Of a stretch of DNA of 64,000 nucleotides, positions 61,198 to 64,000 are shown piece after piece. Each line of letters opens with the position of its first letter. Position 1 is the stretch's first letter. The stretch comes from Candidatus Bathyarchaeota archaeon (GTDB taxonomy: Archaea; Thermoproteota; Bathyarchaeia; Bathyarchaeales; Bathycorpusculaceae): NCBI GenBank assembly GCA_963767735.1, contig CAVYES010000006.1, positions 64,001 to 128,000 of the forward strand, read 5' to 3'. The notes below the pieces were generated by a model. The model was given only the letters and a program-made list of their open reading frames with translations, had not been told where the DNA came from and searched no databases. The position numbers and the translations under genes were made by a program.

Positions 61198-62566
61198 AAT
61201 CTACGATTGAAGCTTATTTTTTGCGTCTATTTAAAACCAGCAGTTAGAGCCCTAAATGACTCCATGAAAAGAAACGCTTAATCAGCTCAGTCTCCATCAA
61301 CCTCTCGTTTGGGAGAGTTCAATAATCCTTAATCCGGCTAAGTTTTGATGGTCAATCAAGGAAGGATTCATAGTAATTTTTTCTTTCTCCATTTAAAATC
61401 ACTTCTTGTTCACCAACTTATTTTCTAGCTAAGAAAGCCTTACATTACCCAAAACAAAGTTAAAGCTAGAATCCTTCCTTCAATATTGAACCAAAATTCT
61501 TTATCCTAACCCATTTTGGACCTTCCTTTGCTGTTTACGTTTTAGATGATCCAAAGTCCAGTTAGACGTTTGACGTAAAAAAGTTCAGTTATTTTTTGAA
61601 AATTCTCAACTCTTCGCCCGTTTTCTTCTGGAAACTCCGAGTTACTCTCTGGAAACTAGAGGTCTGTAATAAGTAAATAGGACGGATAAAGACGTTTCAG
61701 CCTAATTTTAAGGAGACTTGATTTTGGATGAAATGGCTCTTCGACAAGTATACGAGATTTAGATTTTCTGAAAAGCATAAAATTCGGTTATTATTGAAAA
61801 ATACTTGAACTCTTTTCTATTTTCTATTTCCTTCATTGTCTAAGAAGGGATGACCGAATATCAAGTTCCCGCCTGCTCTTTTAATTCTACCCCGCTTATT
61901 TCCGCGCCAAATTTTCTTAAACTCCGAAGTACAAAAAAACCATCAAAAACTCCTTTATCATTGAAGTTTGTAAGAAGTCAAAATGGGAAGTATGTTCCCC
62001 TCAAATGAAAACGTTTGGTTGGGTCAACATTGGGAGGACATGGAGGCTTTTGAGCCCCACTAAAGAGACCTTGGCATGTCTGAACCAAAACGTGCTTTGA
62101 CCTGCCAAATCATACTTACCCCTTTTTTTATAAAAATCAAAAAGTCATTAATGTCCGTCAGCTGAGTAACGGTTTTTAGGAAATCCATTAAGTCCATAGA
62201 TTCGACGATGGAACAACACACTTGATAAGGTTTAGAAATAGAAATCTGCGTCTATAAGAACTATGAATCCATGCTCGAACTGAGAAAACAAGAAAGAAGA
62301 TAACGAAGTTTATTGTCATTTCTAAAGATGCGGATTTACTATGAAATGTAAGAATTGCGGGCACCTTGTCTGGGTTGTTAGTACAGTTGGCGAAGACACA
62401 GTTTACAAACACAAACAATCTAACCATAGCTTTTACTGCCCCTGCAGGAAACCTGAGCCATCTTAGTATCAAAATTGTAGCTTTCAGGTTCTCAAAAACT
62501 TACTTTTAACTGTTCGTAATCTAAGATACATACATACTATATTCAGCAAAAACATGCATTTCGATA

Positions 62567-63319
62567 ATGACAACAGAAAGGCAGTTAGAAATGAATAAGT
62601 TGACTATCGCTGGTTTGATATTCGTTATGTTGCTAGCAGCATTATTCACAGGATGGGCAATTCTCTGCGAGAATTCACAACCACAATTCACAGGGCGACC
62701 AGTGGAGGAGGGATTGGCGATTGAACCTACGGCTATGACTAAAAACAACAACCTCTACAATATTTCTATAACAATCAATGCGTCTTTACCTGAAACAATA
62801 AACAAACTTCAACTCAACGAAAACATAACAGGCTTAACAACCTACGTAAATGGGACAACAGTAAACACGGCAAATCCCCTTCAAATCAAATTAAACAGCG
62901 GCGACTCAATCGAAGTTAACCTTACAATGCCCTGCGATGAGTATTCTTCAGTAAATGAAATCACTGTAATTTCAACTGATGCTATGTACTATACGGTACT
63001 GCCATCATCGTTTCAGCCGAATCTTGTCTCAGATTTAGGTTGGTACTTACATAACAGCACAGACCCAGTATCTAACATGGCTAACAAGTTCACAATTTAT
63101 GGTGATATTCGCAATCAAGGTGCGACAAATGCGCAAAATTGTAGTTTAATTATAAAGTTTTACAATAACGAAGAATTGCTTCAAACTTCAAATATCCCAA
63201 TTGGCGAAATTAGCGGATTCGACGGTTGTGCTTATTTGAATTCAACAAATGTTCCTTGTGGTGTTGCTGACTCCGTAACAAAAACAGAAGTCTCCTTAAG
63301 GGGAGATAATGTTTCGTAA
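62567..63319 (+). CDS. Membrane-anchored two-domain surface protein
   Basis: N-terminal TM. C-terminal TIYGDIRNQG..AQNC beta-sandwich motif similar to the 44289/47223 proteins. The start may be 62591. Confidence 0.7.
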   Translation: MTTERQLEMNKLTIAGLIFVMLLAALFTGWAILCENSQPQFTGRPVEEGLAIEPTAMTKNNNLYNISITINASLPETINKLQLNENITGLTTYVNGTTVNTANPLQIKLNSGDSIEVNLTMPCDEYSSVNEITVISTDAMYYTVLPSSFQPNLVSDLGWYLHNSTDPVSNMANKFTIYGDIRNQGATNAQNCSLIIKFYNNEELLQTSNIPIGEISGFDGCAYLNSTNVPCGVADSVTKTEVSLRGDNVS

Positions 63320-63909
63320 AGAGAGATATGACAATCCAAAAAACGGTCCATGCAGGAAAACAGAGCCATCTTAGGTCATAAAATTTTGGCTTTGTAATTT
63401 TAGTATGACACTGATTAATTGACTCTAGAAATATGGAAGAAAAAAGTCAAGCTCGGTTTTCCAACCTTTTTCTTCAGGCATTATTCACAAGAATTATTCA
63501 TTAAGAAAACTGGATTTTCTAGAAGTGAAGTTTACATGTTAAACTGGGATTTTGAGTTCTAATCGAATCCTATACGCCACGAATGCGAATGATCCGAAGA
63601 TTGTTGCTATTGACACCAAATCTAATAGTCCAAACATATTTTCACCATTTTGTTTTATACTTAGTTACTTGCACAGTTAAATATAAATCAGATTGTGATT
63701 TGTTCATAATTATTCATAATAGATTGACGCACGTCTAAAAAAACAAGAAAAAGGTATCGAAGCTCTGGCTAAAAGAGAAAAAGAAGAGAGTGGATAAAAA
63801 ATTATGATGAATAAAGAGATGATTGATGATTACTCAATTTATTCTCAGATGATTTGCTGGAAGAGCCTTAAATAACCCCTCCTAGAAATAAGACACCTGT
63901 GTAAGAGAA

Positions 63910-64000
63910 ATGAAGAGCGAAAAGAAAAAAATAATCATTGAATCATGCGACCCTGTCCTTAAGACAACGATAAAAATTCCTTCGAACGAAACGGTTATTG
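63910..64000 (+). CDS. Possible CDS start running off the window
   Basis: An ATG followed by an open frame to the window end (MKSEKKKIIIESCDP...). Confidence 0.3.
   Translation, partial: MKSEKKKIIIESCDPVLKTTIKIPSNETVI

Larger units (their letters stand above)
37027..64000. mobile_element. tRNA-Arg-adjacent accessory island (virus-like packaging operon plus surface-protein array); right end not seen
   Basis: Abrupt change from housekeeping genes to terminase, hypothetical and secreted-protein genes, an IS fragment and gene remnants. No attR or integrase recognised. Confidence 0.65.

Noticed and set aside
61200-62560. Genes or ncRNA in the long ORF-poor stretch
   Set aside because: Only short broken frames and no recognisable structure. 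Probably decayed DNA, and no call can be supported.
1-64000. CRISPR array or cas genes
   Set aside because: No regularly spaced repeat-spacer pattern. The visible repeats are protein-coding propeller repeats or dispersed elements.
37027-64000. attR duplicate of the tRNA-Arg 3' end, and an integrase
   Set aside because: I found no second copy of the tRNA 3' sequence and no tyrosine or serine recombinase motif by eye. They may lie outside the window.

Overview
Archaeal DNA, most consistent with Bathyarchaeia. This is inferred from gene content (H4MPT/F420 C1 enzymes, archaeal PGK, an Elf1-like protein, a BHB-intron tRNA, many PEF-CTERM-like surface proteins) and was not checked by any search. 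Bases 1-37,026 are housekeeping: an asd-lysA-dapF-dapL lysine operon, tandem F420-dependent Mtd and an N-terminally extended NAD(P)-type MtdB-like enzyme, archease, RtcB, adk, TldD/PmbA, HypA/Mrp, pgk with a bacterial-type gap, GT4 glycosyltransferases, an intron-containing tRNA-Gly(TCC) and tRNA-Arg(CCG). An accessory island begins directly after tRNA-Arg. It opens with a compact virus-like operon: ParB-like protein, ABC-type ATPase, GNAT acetyltransferase joined by a -1 shift at an A7 run, TerS-like protein and an intact TerL. I see no portal, capsid, tail or integrase gene in the window. About 22 kb of mostly co-oriented, membrane-anchored surface-protein genes follow. These are punctuated by a recurrent ~130-bp palindrome-rich boundary element and conserved sorting-signal tails that flank unrelated cargo, plus orphan C-terminal tails, which suggests a cassette-exchange array. 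Several genes carry 1-nt frameshifts that may be assembly errors, which limits any claim of programmed frameshifting or pseudogenisation.
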